NCBI GenBank assembly: GCA_041549915.1
Contig: JBFEPU010000003.1
Coordinates: forward strand, 1 to 37,819
DNA from: Anaerolineae bacterium
GTDB taxonomy: Bacteria; Chloroflexota; Anaerolineae; UBA2200
DNA length: 37,819 nt
Direction of reading: 5' to 3'
The notes beneath the pieces were generated by a model. That model was not told the DNA's origin. It worked only from the letters and a program-made list of their open reading frames with translations, and did no database searches. A program made the position numbers and the translations under genes. This document shows, one piece after another, positions 7,484 to 16,882 of this stretch (position 1 is its first letter; every line of letters starts with the position of its first letter).

Positions 7484-9046
7484 GTGTCAGATCTCGTGGC
7501 ACAGCTCAGAGAAAAGAATGGTACAGCAGCCCTAGTGCTGATCGTCGCGCTTGCGGCGCTGCTGAGGTTCTACTCTCTGGCGGCAGAAAGCCTGTGGTTC
7601 GACGAGACCTATAGTGTCTGGGTGGCCAGACATCCCGTGGCCTGGCACATCGCCCTCAGCACGCAGCGGATCTTTCCACCGTTGTACTACCTGTGTCTGC
7701 ATTTCTGGCTGGGGCTGGGGAGTTCCGACTTTGTCGTACGCTCGTTGTCCGTGTGGATTGGGTTGGGATCCATCGTAGCTGTCTACGGCCTGGCGAAGCA
7801 ACTGTTTGACGCACGCGTAGGTCTGCTCAGTGCACTGCTGCTGGCGATCTCACCTCTACATATCTGGTACTCTCAAGAAGCTCGCATGTACATTCTGGTA
7901 GCGACCCTTGGGCTTTGCTCTGCTTACTTTATGTTATGCGCCTTGCGCCAAGGTAGGCTCTGGCACTGGGTGGCCTATGTATTGAGCACAGCCGCCCTAA
8001 TGAACACGCACTACTTTGCGGTCTTTCTGGTGCCTTTCCAGAACGCCTATGTGCTCTACTTGCTTCTGCGAAAGCAGATCCAACTCGGTGTTTTGCGGCA
8101 CTGGCTCGTGAGCCAGGGCGCGGTTGCTCTGCTGTCTGTTGTGGGCCTGGCAGGCATATTCAGTGCAGAATCCGGCTACTGGTGGGGGCTTCTGGATACC
8201 TGGCATGGGGCACCAACTGTTGCTGACCTGCTCGGTGTCATGTTCTCGTTCAGCCTGGGTACAACAGTTCAGGGGCGATGGATCTACTGGGGTGGGCTCT
8301 TTATCTTCGGTCTCTGTGTTCTGGCAAGCTGCATCTCCATCGGACGCCGCCGAGCGCTACTGCCCGCGGATCGGGGGCTTGCATTCGCATTGCTCTATTT
8401 GGCAGTACCCATTGGCACAGTCTTTGCGCTATCGCAATTCAGGTCGTTCTGGGTTCTGCGGTACATCTTTCCCTTTCTGCCACCGTACTGTATCATCGTT
8501 GCGAGAGGCATATCCAACCTGTGGCGCCTCGGTGAGGCGCAATCTGGCACCGGCCTGGGAGACGGCGAGTCCCAGGATCCTTCAAGAAGGGCAGCCACGC
8601 AAACGGCTGGCAGGGCTCTGGCCATAGTTCTCCTGGCGGCCATTGTACTGACTTCAACGTGGCCGATCGCGAACATCTATCGCTACGAACACAAAGAGAA
8701 CTGGCGCTCGGCGGTCACATACCTCAGTGCCCAGGAGCAACCCAGCGATTTGATCCTCTTGGTGGACGAGGATATCTGGCTGCCATTCGAGCACTACTAC
8801 GACGGTTCCACCCGGCGCATAGGAGTGAGCCGAGTGGTCACCGACCGGGATCTTCTGGCAGCGCGCGTGGGCACGGTGCTGCCCCACCATGGCCGCATGT
8901 GGCTGGTGCTCAGCCATACCGACAACTTCTTGCTCAAGGACTATCTGACGGCCTCTCGATGCACGGAATTGGTGTCAGAGAAGCACTTTACTGGCATAGA
9001 GGTTGACCTGTTCAACATCCAGCTCACGGCTGCCGATTGTGGTTAA
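7484..9046 (+). CDS. GT-C fold membrane glycosyltransferase (ArnT/PMT-like), paralog of 5844-7478
   Basis: LRFYSLAAESLWFDET, FPPLYY, PLHIWYSQEARMY, NTHYF, ENWR; GTG start. Confidence 0.9.
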   Translation: MSDLVAQLREKNGTAALVLIVALAALLRFYSLAAESLWFDETYSVWVARHPVAWHIALSTQRIFPPLYYLCLHFWLGLGSSDFVVRSLSVWIGLGSIVAVYGLAKQLFDARVGLLSALLLAISPLHIWYSQEARMYILVATLGLCSAYFMLCALRQGRLWHWVAYVLSTAALMNTHYFAVFLVPFQNAYVLYLLLRKQIQLGVLRHWLVSQGAVALLSVVGLAGIFSAESGYWWGLLDTWHGAPTVADLLGVMFSFSLGTTVQGRWIYWGGLFIFGLCVLASCISIGRRRALLPADRGLAFALLYLAVPIGTVFALSQFRSFWVLRYIFPFLPPYCIIVARGISNLWRLGEAQSGTGLGDGESQDPSRRAATQTAGRALAIVLLAAIVLTSTWPIANIYRYEHKENWRSAVTYLSAQEQPSDLILLVDEDIWLPFEHYYDGSTRRIGVSRVVTDRDLLAARVGTVLPHHGRMWLVLSHTDNFLLKDYLTASRCTELVSEKHFTGIEVDLFNIQLTAADCG

Positions 9047-9050
9047 CGGG

Positions 9051-10643
9051 ATGCGGCTATCTGGACGTGCTCCGATCGTCATATTGTCTCTGGGGCTCTT
9101 GTTTGCCGCTTTCCGGTTAAACGGCCATCTCGTGCCGGCTGGCGATAATTCGACCTACATGGTGTTGAGCCAGTCATTGGCCACGGGCAAAGGTTACCGG
9201 ATGATCAGCGATCCGCACGCCCCCTTGATGGCTCTGTATCCGCCCGGATACCCGTTGCTGCTGGCGGGCGTGCTCATGCTGACGGGAACTGTGGATCGGC
9301 TGCTAGCCGCCGTCGTCCCCATGAAACTGCTATCCATCGCGTTGTATCTGGGGGCAATCGCGTTGGCAATCGCCATCTTCAGGCGACGCAATACCAGTCT
9401 GGCCATGATGAGCGGCTTGCTGATGGCTCTGAATCCTGCACTGTTGCACTTTGCCAACGAAGTTGGAACGGAGATTGCGTACCTTTTCTTGTCTCTCGCC
9501 TGCATTTGGCTATTGGAGCGATACAGCAGGACAGCAAGCAACGGCCTGATTGCCGGCATGGGCGTTCTGCTAGCCATCACGTTCTACGTGCGCTCCATCG
9601 CGTTGGTGATGGCCATTGCCTTTGGGCTGCATCTGGTGTTGCGACGGCAGTTCAAGCGCGCCGTGCTCCTGCTGGTGATCACTGGGGTGCTGGTGCTGCC
9701 TTGGCTTATCTATACGAGTACGGTTCCCACAACCGGCACCTCTGTGGGGCTGGGGCGGGGCTATTTTGCCCTGTTTTTCTCCAGTGACCCGTACGGGACG
9801 GCACGCGCCAGCCTGGCCGATTGGGTCGCACGTCTCATGCAGAACCTGCGCATCTATGCTCTGGACATCTGGCCCGACGTGCTGCTTCCTCACGCTTCCC
9901 GCACCGCGGAGATGCTTGGTCCTGTTGGGATGCTGGTGCCAGCCACGATCTCGGCCCTGGTCTTGTGTGGATTCGTGCGTGAGGCCACGCGGCGATACGC
10001 AAGCGAATGGTATGTTGGGCTCTTCTTTGCGTCCAGCGTTGGCTACTTGTGGGCACAAAGCAGGCTCATTGTGCCTATCATCCCTTTCGCGATCTACTAC
10101 CTCTTGGTGGCCATTCGTTCTTTGCTGCGCTTGCTGTTGCGAAACAGTCAACTCCGAAAGGCAACGATGGCCCTGGCCTTTTTGGTGCTCACCCTATCCG
10201 CCGCTGTGGCGGATGGCCGAGCGATTCAGCACAACCTGCGCTATGGGTTTGGAAAGCCGGTCGATACCTACTATGCTACAGATGCCGAGTGGGGCAACTA
10301 CCTGCTGGCGATGAGGTGGATCGCGGCAGACGCAGAGCAACCTGCTGCGGTGATCTGTCGCAAGGCAGATTTGATGTATCTACTGACGGCTCACAAGGCG
10401 CTCGAGTATCCATACTCCGCAGATGGGCAGGTTCTGATGAATGCCGCTCGAGATAACCAAGTGGCGTACGTGATCGAAGATGCATTCACTTGGACGCGCA
10501 CCACCCAGCAGTATCTGCAGCCCGCACTAGAGGACTGGAGGGCTGGGGATGCCGCTGCTCTTTCTCTGGCATACGAAACCGCTCCGCCACGCACTCGTGT
10601 GTGGCGCGTTCAACAACGACAGAATGGAGACAACGTCGAATGA
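9051..10643 (+). CDS. GT-C fold membrane glycosyltransferase-like protein
   Basis: GDNSTYMVLSQSLATGKGY, YPPGYPLLLA, TEIAY, YVRSIA; polytopic. The ATG at 9051, 4 nt after the previous stop, is preferred over the TTG at 9003. Confidence 0.85.
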   Translation: MRLSGRAPIVILSLGLLFAAFRLNGHLVPAGDNSTYMVLSQSLATGKGYRMISDPHAPLMALYPPGYPLLLAGVLMLTGTVDRLLAAVVPMKLLSIALYLGAIALAIAIFRRRNTSLAMMSGLLMALNPALLHFANEVGTEIAYLFLSLACIWLLERYSRTASNGLIAGMGVLLAITFYVRSIALVMAIAFGLHLVLRRQFKRAVLLLVITGVLVLPWLIYTSTVPTTGTSVGLGRGYFALFFSSDPYGTARASLADWVARLMQNLRIYALDIWPDVLLPHASRTAEMLGPVGMLVPATISALVLCGFVREATRRYASEWYVGLFFASSVGYLWAQSRLIVPIIPFAIYYLLVAIRSLLRLLLRNSQLRKATMALAFLVLTLSAAVADGRAIQHNLRYGFGKPVDTYYATDAEWGNYLLAMRWIAADAEQPAAVICRKADLMYLLTAHKALEYPYSADGQVLMNAARDNQVAYVIEDAFTWTRTTQQYLQPALEDWRAGDAAALSLAYETAPPRTRVWRVQQRQNGDNVE

Positions 10644-10996
10644 TAAACCCAATGTTTATGCTTTTCTTCGCCATCTTCTGTTCCGTGGCGGGACAGATCC
10701 TGATGAAGATAGGTATGGATCAGGTTGGTGGGATTGATCAGTTCAGCTTGCCGCTCTTGACGCAAATGCTCTTCAACCCCTTTGTGTTCTCCGGCATCGC
10801 ATCCTACGGGGTTGGGTTCATCGCCTACCTGTTCGCCCTGTCGAAGCTGGATCAGAGCTTTGCCTATCCCATGTTCTCTCTGGGATACGTTCTAGTGGCG
10901 GTGTTCAACTGGGTCTTTCTGCACGAGCCCTTCTCCGCGACTCGTCTGGCAGGTGTGATGGTAATCGTCTTCGGAGTCTGGCTGCTCGGCAGGTAG
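10640..10996 (+). CDS. Small 4-TM EamA/SMR-superfamily protein, ArnE/ArnF-like putative polyprenyl-P-sugar flippase
   Basis: 118 aa from the ATG at 10640 (ATGA overlap, GGAGA RBS); GQILMKIG, ALSKLDQSFAYP, FLHEP...RLAGV..I..GV, typical of ArnE/F-like proteins. Confidence 0.8.
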   Translation: MINPMFMLFFAIFCSVAGQILMKIGMDQVGGIDQFSLPLLTQMLFNPFVFSGIASYGVGFIAYLFALSKLDQSFAYPMFSLGYVLVAVFNWVFLHEPFSATRLAGVMVIVFGVWLLGR

Positions 10997-11010
10997 TTGG
11001 AGATCCGTCG

Positions 11011-12945
11011 ATGGGTGCTGCGTCGGCCGACAGACGAAAGAACGGCGCCAATCTCGTGGCGCCGTACCTGGCTGTGCTGGGACTCTTCACCGCGCTCAGC
11101 GCCATTCTCACCTATCCTCTGGCCATGGACTTGGGATCAAGGATCCTGGGCCCGCCAGCACCTGGTGACAACTTTGAGTACCTGTACAAAGTCTGGTGGT
11201 TCAAGCACGCTCTGTTTGATCTGCACGCGTCACCGTTCTTCAACGCAGACATGTTCTATCCGTTCGGCTATGATGTGGTTTTGTCGGAAACTACGCTTGC
11301 CAACACCATCCCTGCCTTGCCACTCACGCTGTTCTTCGGCGAGGTTGCGGCTTACAACCTCACCATGTTGATCTCCTTTGCGCTGTCAGGGTTGGGGATG
11401 TACCTCTTGGTGCTGCGCCTTACCGGCAACAGAATAGCCGGGGTACTCAGCGGCGTCGTTTTTGCATTCTGCCCCTATCGCATGGCGCATCTGGGCGCGG
11501 GACACCTGCCACTCATGGGCACACAGTGGCTGCCCTTGCTCTTCTTGTACCTAGACAGGATGATCGTGCACCAGCGGAAGACTGATGCGCTTATGGCAGC
11601 ACTGTTCTACAGCCTTGGCGCGCTATCGGCATGGTACTATGCGTACGTCTTCGCTCTGGCTGGACTGGTGTATGTGCTGCTGCGCAGTCGGCCATGGAAG
11701 CGGTACCTGTGGCAACGGCGCTTTGCTGCCTGCATCTCTGTCTTTTTGGTTGTATGCTTTCTACTGGTTGGGCCTTTCGTGTGGCCGGTCACTCGGGTAT
11801 GGCAGGAGGGTGCGCGGCCACAGTCCCTACGCTATGTGGATCACTTCTCTGCCAGTCCTTTGGATTTTCTCTATCCAAATGTCCTGCAGCCTTTGTGGGG
11901 CAGATGGCTGCTGGAGCGTTATCCGCTCAACATCAACGAGAACGTCCTCTCCCTTGGCTTGGTGCCCGGCGTGCTGGCGCTCATTGCCTTGGGCAGGAGA
12001 GGCAGCCAGGTGACCACTGCGCTCGCCGGGCTGAGCCTGGTCTTTGCCGTGATGGCGCTGGGAACAACGCTCCATTGGGGGAACACGCCCCTGCACATTC
12101 CGGTGCCGGGGTGGTTGGAGCGTGTCTTCACCGTAGGGATGAGCTTCCTGACCACACGCCTGGCCTTATATCCAGTCTCTTCGTACACTCTCCAAGTCCC
12201 CGGGGCCATATACGTGCCGCTGCCCACGCTATTGCTGTACCTGTATCTGCCTTTCTTCAGCTCGATGCGTGTATGGGGACGGTTTGGGCTGATCACCCTG
12301 TTTGGCGTTGGCGTGTTAGCCGGGTACGGAACACAGCGATTGGCTCAGCGTTATGGTTGGCAGGATGGCATTGTCCTGCACGCGAGAACGCGGCTTGCTC
12401 ATGCCCGGTCTCGCCTCTTTGGTGTGCTTGTGACGGCCGCGCTTTTTGGCCTGATCGTTCTGGAGTTCGCCGCAGTCCCCTATGCGTTGGGTTCCAGCAG
12501 TGTAGAGGCCCGTCCGGTTGACAGGTGGCTGGCAAGTCAAGCCGGCGAGTTTGCTATCATGGAATTCCCTGTTGCCAAGGCGATCAGCGGCCGGTCACTG
12601 TACGCCATGCGCACACACGGCAAGAGAATCACGTTTGGCTACGGGACATTCTTTCCTCGGGCCTTTACCGAACAGCGGCCGGTACTGGAGGGCTTTCCGA
12701 GCGACGAAAGCATTGCATTGCTGAAGAACTGGGAAGTGCGCTATGTGTTGGTGGGATCTAGCAGCTACGGATCCGCATGGCCGCAAATCAAGAACAGCCT
12801 GTCGGAATCCTCAGGCTTGCGACATGTATTGACCATGGACGATCTGCCAATCTATGAGGGGGACCGCCTATTGCATCTGCTGCCAGGTACGGAGAGCGCC
12901 TTTGTTGTTGACCGCATCCACGTCTACGAGGTGCTCCGAGGATGA
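11011..12945 (+). CDS. Large polytopic membrane protein, YfhO-like putative GT-C glycosyltransferase
   Basis: PGDNFEYLYKVWW, MFYPFG, AYNL, FAFCPYRMAH..GH, SMRVWGRF, C-terminal soluble domain (FGYGTFFP, VRYVLV). Confidence 0.75.
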   Translation: MGAASADRRKNGANLVAPYLAVLGLFTALSAILTYPLAMDLGSRILGPPAPGDNFEYLYKVWWFKHALFDLHASPFFNADMFYPFGYDVVLSETTLANTIPALPLTLFFGEVAAYNLTMLISFALSGLGMYLLVLRLTGNRIAGVLSGVVFAFCPYRMAHLGAGHLPLMGTQWLPLLFLYLDRMIVHQRKTDALMAALFYSLGALSAWYYAYVFALAGLVYVLLRSRPWKRYLWQRRFAACISVFLVVCFLLVGPFVWPVTRVWQEGARPQSLRYVDHFSASPLDFLYPNVLQPLWGRWLLERYPLNINENVLSLGLVPGVLALIALGRRGSQVTTALAGLSLVFAVMALGTTLHWGNTPLHIPVPGWLERVFTVGMSFLTTRLALYPVSSYTLQVPGAIYVPLPTLLLYLYLPFFSSMRVWGRFGLITLFGVGVLAGYGTQRLAQRYGWQDGIVLHARTRLAHARSRLFGVLVTAALFGLIVLEFAAVPYALGSSSVEARPVDRWLASQAGEFAIMEFPVAKAISGRSLYAMRTHGKRITFGYGTFFPRAFTEQRPVLEGFPSDESIALLKNWEVRYVLVGSSSYGSAWPQIKNSLSESSGLRHVLTMDDLPIYEGDRLLHLLPGTESAFVVDRIHVYEVLRG

Positions 12946-14618
12946 TGGCTACATCGATCCACGCAGCCCTTGTCCGCGATCACAGGCAGCTGGGGATTGC
13001 CCTCGCACTGGCACTGACCACGCTCATCGTCATTGTGGCTACGCTGCCCGACGCCGGCATAACCTGGGATGAGCCGCTCTACATCAAGGCTTCTCGTGGC
13101 TATATGACCTGGTTGGGATTGCTCAAGCGCGGTGTCCTGCGGCGTGACCTGAAAGAAGCGTTGTCTGATACCACGATTGTCCGTTGGTGGGTCCAAGACC
13201 CTACCCTTGAGCTGCATCCGCCGCTGGGTAAGTTTCTGTCAGGTCTGACGTGGGCTATGCTACGTGGGGCTCTCGGCGACATCCCGGCCCACCGTTTCAG
13301 CAACGCCGTACTGTTCTCCGTCCTGGTGGCCATGGTTTTCCGGATGGTCGCTTCTACCTACAACACATCGAGTGGCATCTTCGCCGCGCTCTCTTTGGTG
13401 CTGATGCCCCGCATGTTCTTTCATGCTCACCTCGCTAACATTGACACCACCGTAGCAATCACCTGGTTTGTGGCCACGTACTTGTTCTGGAAATGCGCTC
13501 CCCGACCAGGCTGGCTGCCGGTTGTGATCGTTGGTGTGGCTTTGGGGTTGGCGTTGGGCACCAAGATGAACGCCATTCTCTTACCTGTGGTGTGGGGTAT
13601 GTGGGTAGTACTCTTTCAGCGCAGCCCGCGTTCGCTGCTGAAACTGGCGGCCATGGTGGTCATTGGGGGTGGGGTCTTTGTAGGCATCTGGCCCTGGCTG
13701 TACCATGACACGGCCAACCGACTCGTCTACTACCTGCTCATGGCTTCTCGGTTCAAAGACAGACCCCAGTTCTACCTTGGGCAGACGCTTCCTCATGTGC
13801 CCTGGCACTATCCCTTTGTCATCACACTGGCCGTGGTGCCTCTGGTTACTACGGTGATGTATCTGCTGGGAATGTTGAGCGCAGTACGGTATGCACCTCC
13901 TGGTCTCTTGAAGCGAAGCGGAGCAGGCTCGGACGAGGTGAGTGAAGACTACTGGATGGGAGCTACCGGCTGGCTGTTGGTGCTGAACGCACTAGTTCCC
14001 CTTGTGTTTGCCGCCACGGGGTTGCAGGCGGTCTACAGCGGGGAGCGGCACTTTATTCCAGCCTACCCGTATCTGGCCTGCCTGGCCGGCATTGGATTTG
14101 GCAACGTGCTGCATATCGTGAGTACAGCCTGGCAACGTCTCCACAAACGTGTGGATCGAGCGAGGGCGCGCCTGCTCGTGGGGGCCATCCTGGCTTTGCT
14201 CTTCGTTCCGCCTCTGCTATCGATGATCCGCATGCACCCATATCAGTTGTCCTACTACAGCGAGCTGGTAGGAGGGTTGCCCGGTGCAACGCGGATTGGC
14301 CTGGAAACTACGTTTTGGTGCGAGACATACAAGGACGCATTGCCATATTTGAACGAGAACGCAGACCAGGGTGCTACTGTCTGGGCCGAGAATCCCTTTG
14401 TGCTTCGTCTCTACCAAGGTCATGGCATGCTACGTGAGGACCTGACCATAGCAGGTGGGGATATCGTGAGTCCTCATGAGTCTGACTATGCAGTCGTGGA
14501 GATGCGCCAGACCGGCTTTCAGTACACGCCGGAGATCGTGTCTGTCATGCGTGACTACCGCCCGGGCTACACTCTGGCACGCCAGGGCGTTCCGCTGCTC
14601 CATGTCTACAAGCTGTAG
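12942..14618 (+). CDS. GT-C fold membrane glycosyltransferase (ArnT/PMT-like)
   Basis: GITWDEPLY, HPPLGK, PRMFFHAHLANID, LGTKMNA, RHFIPAYP, HPYQLSYYSELVGG. Confidence 0.9.
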   Translation: MMATSIHAALVRDHRQLGIALALALTTLIVIVATLPDAGITWDEPLYIKASRGYMTWLGLLKRGVLRRDLKEALSDTTIVRWWVQDPTLELHPPLGKFLSGLTWAMLRGALGDIPAHRFSNAVLFSVLVAMVFRMVASTYNTSSGIFAALSLVLMPRMFFHAHLANIDTTVAITWFVATYLFWKCAPRPGWLPVVIVGVALGLALGTKMNAILLPVVWGMWVVLFQRSPRSLLKLAAMVVIGGGVFVGIWPWLYHDTANRLVYYLLMASRFKDRPQFYLGQTLPHVPWHYPFVITLAVVPLVTTVMYLLGMLSAVRYAPPGLLKRSGAGSDEVSEDYWMGATGWLLVLNALVPLVFAATGLQAVYSGERHFIPAYPYLACLAGIGFGNVLHIVSTAWQRLHKRVDRARARLLVGAILALLFVPPLLSMIRMHPYQLSYYSELVGGLPGATRIGLETTFWCETYKDALPYLNENADQGATVWAENPFVLRLYQGHGMLREDLTIAGGDIVSPHESDYAVVEMRQTGFQYTPEIVSVMRDYRPGYTLARQGVPLLHVYKL

Positions 14619-16132
14619 TGAGGGCAGAGCCGGTGTCTTTTCGCTCGGTACACCTTCGAAGGAGAACACAGAGTCTGGGACAGGGCACGTTCCAGTTGGG
14701 TATCCAGAACAAGGATCTGCTGATCCTTCTCCTTGTCGGGCTCGTTGCCACAACGATCATGTTCTGGCGATTAGGGGAGGGTAGCCTGAGCGACTATGAC
14801 GAAGCTGACTATGCCCAGAGTGCGCGTGAAATGCTGTGGACGCGCGACTTTAACACGCCGCGCTGGAACGGCATGGAGTTCTTTGACAAGCCGCCGCTAA
14901 GCCAGTGGCTGACCGCTGTAGCCTACAAGGTTTTCGGTGTTAACGAGTTTGCCGCCCGTGTTGTGGCTGCCACCTGTGGAGTGCTTGCCATCTTGATGGC
15001 CTATGTCTTGGGCCGGGACCTTTTCGGTGAGCGTGCAGTAGGCGTGGGGGCTGCTGTCATGCTGCTCACCGTCAATCGCAACCTCTTCAGTCACGGATAC
15101 AACTTTGTCAGCCTGGCGCGGGTCGGCATGTTGGACATGCCCCTCATCCTGACGATGATGATCGCGCTCTGGTTGGCATGGCGCGCACAACGCGACCGCA
15201 CATGTCTCATCTGGCTAGGCATACCGCTGGGCCTCGGCTTGATGGTCAAGAGCATTGCTGGATTCCTGGCCTACGGCATCGTGGGGTGCTACTTCTTGGT
15301 TGGCCTGCCCAAGTCCACCTGGTGGCGAAAGGAGACCCTGTGGGGGGGCCTGCTATCCGTGCTCATCGCCGCACCGTGGCACCTAGGCCAGTTGCTGATC
15401 TGGGGCAGACACTTCTGGGATTCCTACATGGTCTCCCTGACCGTTGGGTATGTCACCGGCGAACAGGGACACGCAAGAGACTTGCTGTTCTACTTCCGCA
15501 CCATACTGCGGGGTTTCCCCGTGCTGTATCCCGCCGTGGCGCTGGCTGTGGCCTACGGCCTGTATCGGGCGATACGCTCCCACGCCTCGCGCTCTGACTG
15601 GCACTCCAGCGACCGGGCTGCGACCCTCTTGCTGTGCTGGACAGCGGTGCCTATGGTACTGTACAATGTATCGCGCAGCAGGATAGGCTGGTATATAATC
15701 CCAATCTATCCTGCTCTGGCTTTGCTCACCATGTACTTGCTGGTGAAGGTTTTGGGCAGCAAGCTGGCATTGGCGTTCGTTTTGGTGGCTACGCTGGCCT
15801 TCAATCCGTGGTTGCCCCGAGCTGGTGACTTTAATCCAGATGTGAAGAAGGTTGCCTCCTACAGCAGTTACGTGCTGGGTAAGGATGCAGTTCTGGTGAA
15901 CTATTGGCCAAGCTCCTACTGGATCAGGCCATCGGCTTTGTTCTACGCAGATCGCCCTCTGCTTCTGGTGACTGACGACCAAGCACTGCGGCGCCTGCTC
16001 ACCACGGAAGGTGACTTTTATGTTTTGGCCGATTGGAGAGACTGGGAACCTGTGCAGACGCTGGGAAGGACGGTGTACCGATCTGGTGACTATGCGCTGC
16101 TCAGAGCCCACAGTGCGTTGGCGGAAGAGTGA
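14618..16132 (+). CDS. ArnT-like (GT83) GT-C glycosyltransferase
   Basis: DYDEADYAQSAREM, FFDKPPL, FGVNEFAAR, ARVGMLDMP, LMVKS, WYIIPIYPALA are close to canonical ArnT motifs. GTG start overlaps the previous TAG. Confidence 0.92.
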   Translation: MRAEPVSFRSVHLRRRTQSLGQGTFQLGIQNKDLLILLLVGLVATTIMFWRLGEGSLSDYDEADYAQSAREMLWTRDFNTPRWNGMEFFDKPPLSQWLTAVAYKVFGVNEFAARVVAATCGVLAILMAYVLGRDLFGERAVGVGAAVMLLTVNRNLFSHGYNFVSLARVGMLDMPLILTMMIALWLAWRAQRDRTCLIWLGIPLGLGLMVKSIAGFLAYGIVGCYFLVGLPKSTWWRKETLWGGLLSVLIAAPWHLGQLLIWGRHFWDSYMVSLTVGYVTGEQGHARDLLFYFRTILRGFPVLYPAVALAVAYGLYRAIRSHASRSDWHSSDRAATLLLCWTAVPMVLYNVSRSRIGWYIIPIYPALALLTMYLLVKVLGSKLALAFVLVATLAFNPWLPRAGDFNPDVKKVASYSSYVLGKDAVLVNYWPSSYWIRPSALFYADRPLLLVTDDQALRRLLTTEGDFYVLADWRDWEPVQTLGRTVYRSGDYALLRAHSALAEE

Positions 16133-16141
16133 GAAGAGCTG

Positions 16142-16870
16142 ATGGCGTCAGGTGTGTTTCTGTCTATCACCGCACCCGCCTACAATGAGCGGGACAACAT
16201 CGAGAAGGTAGTCAGAAGCTGGGACAGCATCTTTGCCCAAGACGGCATTCAGGGTGAGATCATCATCGGAGAGGACGGGAGCACAGACGGAACCAAAGAC
16301 ATCTTACGTGAACTGCAGAGCCATCTCGCCAATCTGGTCGTGGTGGATCATGCTACCAACCGAGGTTATGGTTACGCCCTGTCCAGCGCCATCGCTCAAT
16401 CTCAGGGCTGCTATGTTTTGACCATTGATTCAGATGGCCAGTTTGATGCGAGGGAATACGAGCTTCTGCTGGCCGAGATGGACAGAGGTTTTGATGTCGT
16501 GACCGGCTACCGCCGCCGCAAGCAGGATCAGCCATTGCGCGTGGTGGCGGATCGTGTGCTGAATCTCATCACCCGTATTCTATTCCGCCTACCTTTGCGC
16601 GATACAAACTGCGCTCTGAAACTCTTCAAAGGAGATGTGGCGCGGCGCCTGACGATAGAAGCGCGGGGATACCCAACACCCACCGAGCTTCTCGTACGCG
16701 CTCAGACATTGGGCTATCGCATCGGCGAGACAGGAATCACACACTATGAACGCGCAGGCGGCAGAACAAAACTCAAAGCCCTGCGCACAAGCCTAGACAT
16801 GCTTTTGTTCCTGGCCTATCTGAAATACAAGCAATTGCTGTTCAGAATGAACGTTATCAACGAGTTTTGA
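16142..16870 (+). CDS. GT2 glycosyltransferase, DPM1-like polyprenyl-phosphate-sugar synthase
   Basis: SITAPAYNE, EDGSTDGT, NRGYGYAL, TIDSDGQ, VVTGYR, DTNCALKLF. Confidence 0.92.
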   Translation: MASGVFLSITAPAYNERDNIEKVVRSWDSIFAQDGIQGEIIIGEDGSTDGTKDILRELQSHLANLVVVDHATNRGYGYALSSAIAQSQGCYVLTIDSDGQFDAREYELLLAEMDRGFDVVTGYRRRKQDQPLRVVADRVLNLITRILFRLPLRDTNCALKLFKGDVARRLTIEARGYPTPTELLVRAQTLGYRIGETGITHYERAGGRTKLKALRTSLDMLLFLAYLKYKQLLFRMNVINEF

Positions 16871-16882
16871 TCGGGAGGGACC

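Noticed and set aside
15342-15348. G7 homopolymer tracts as phase-variation switches (also 31714-31720)
   Set aside because: The tracts are short, both genes are in frame, and such runs are expected by chance in Trp/Leu-Gly-Gly codons.
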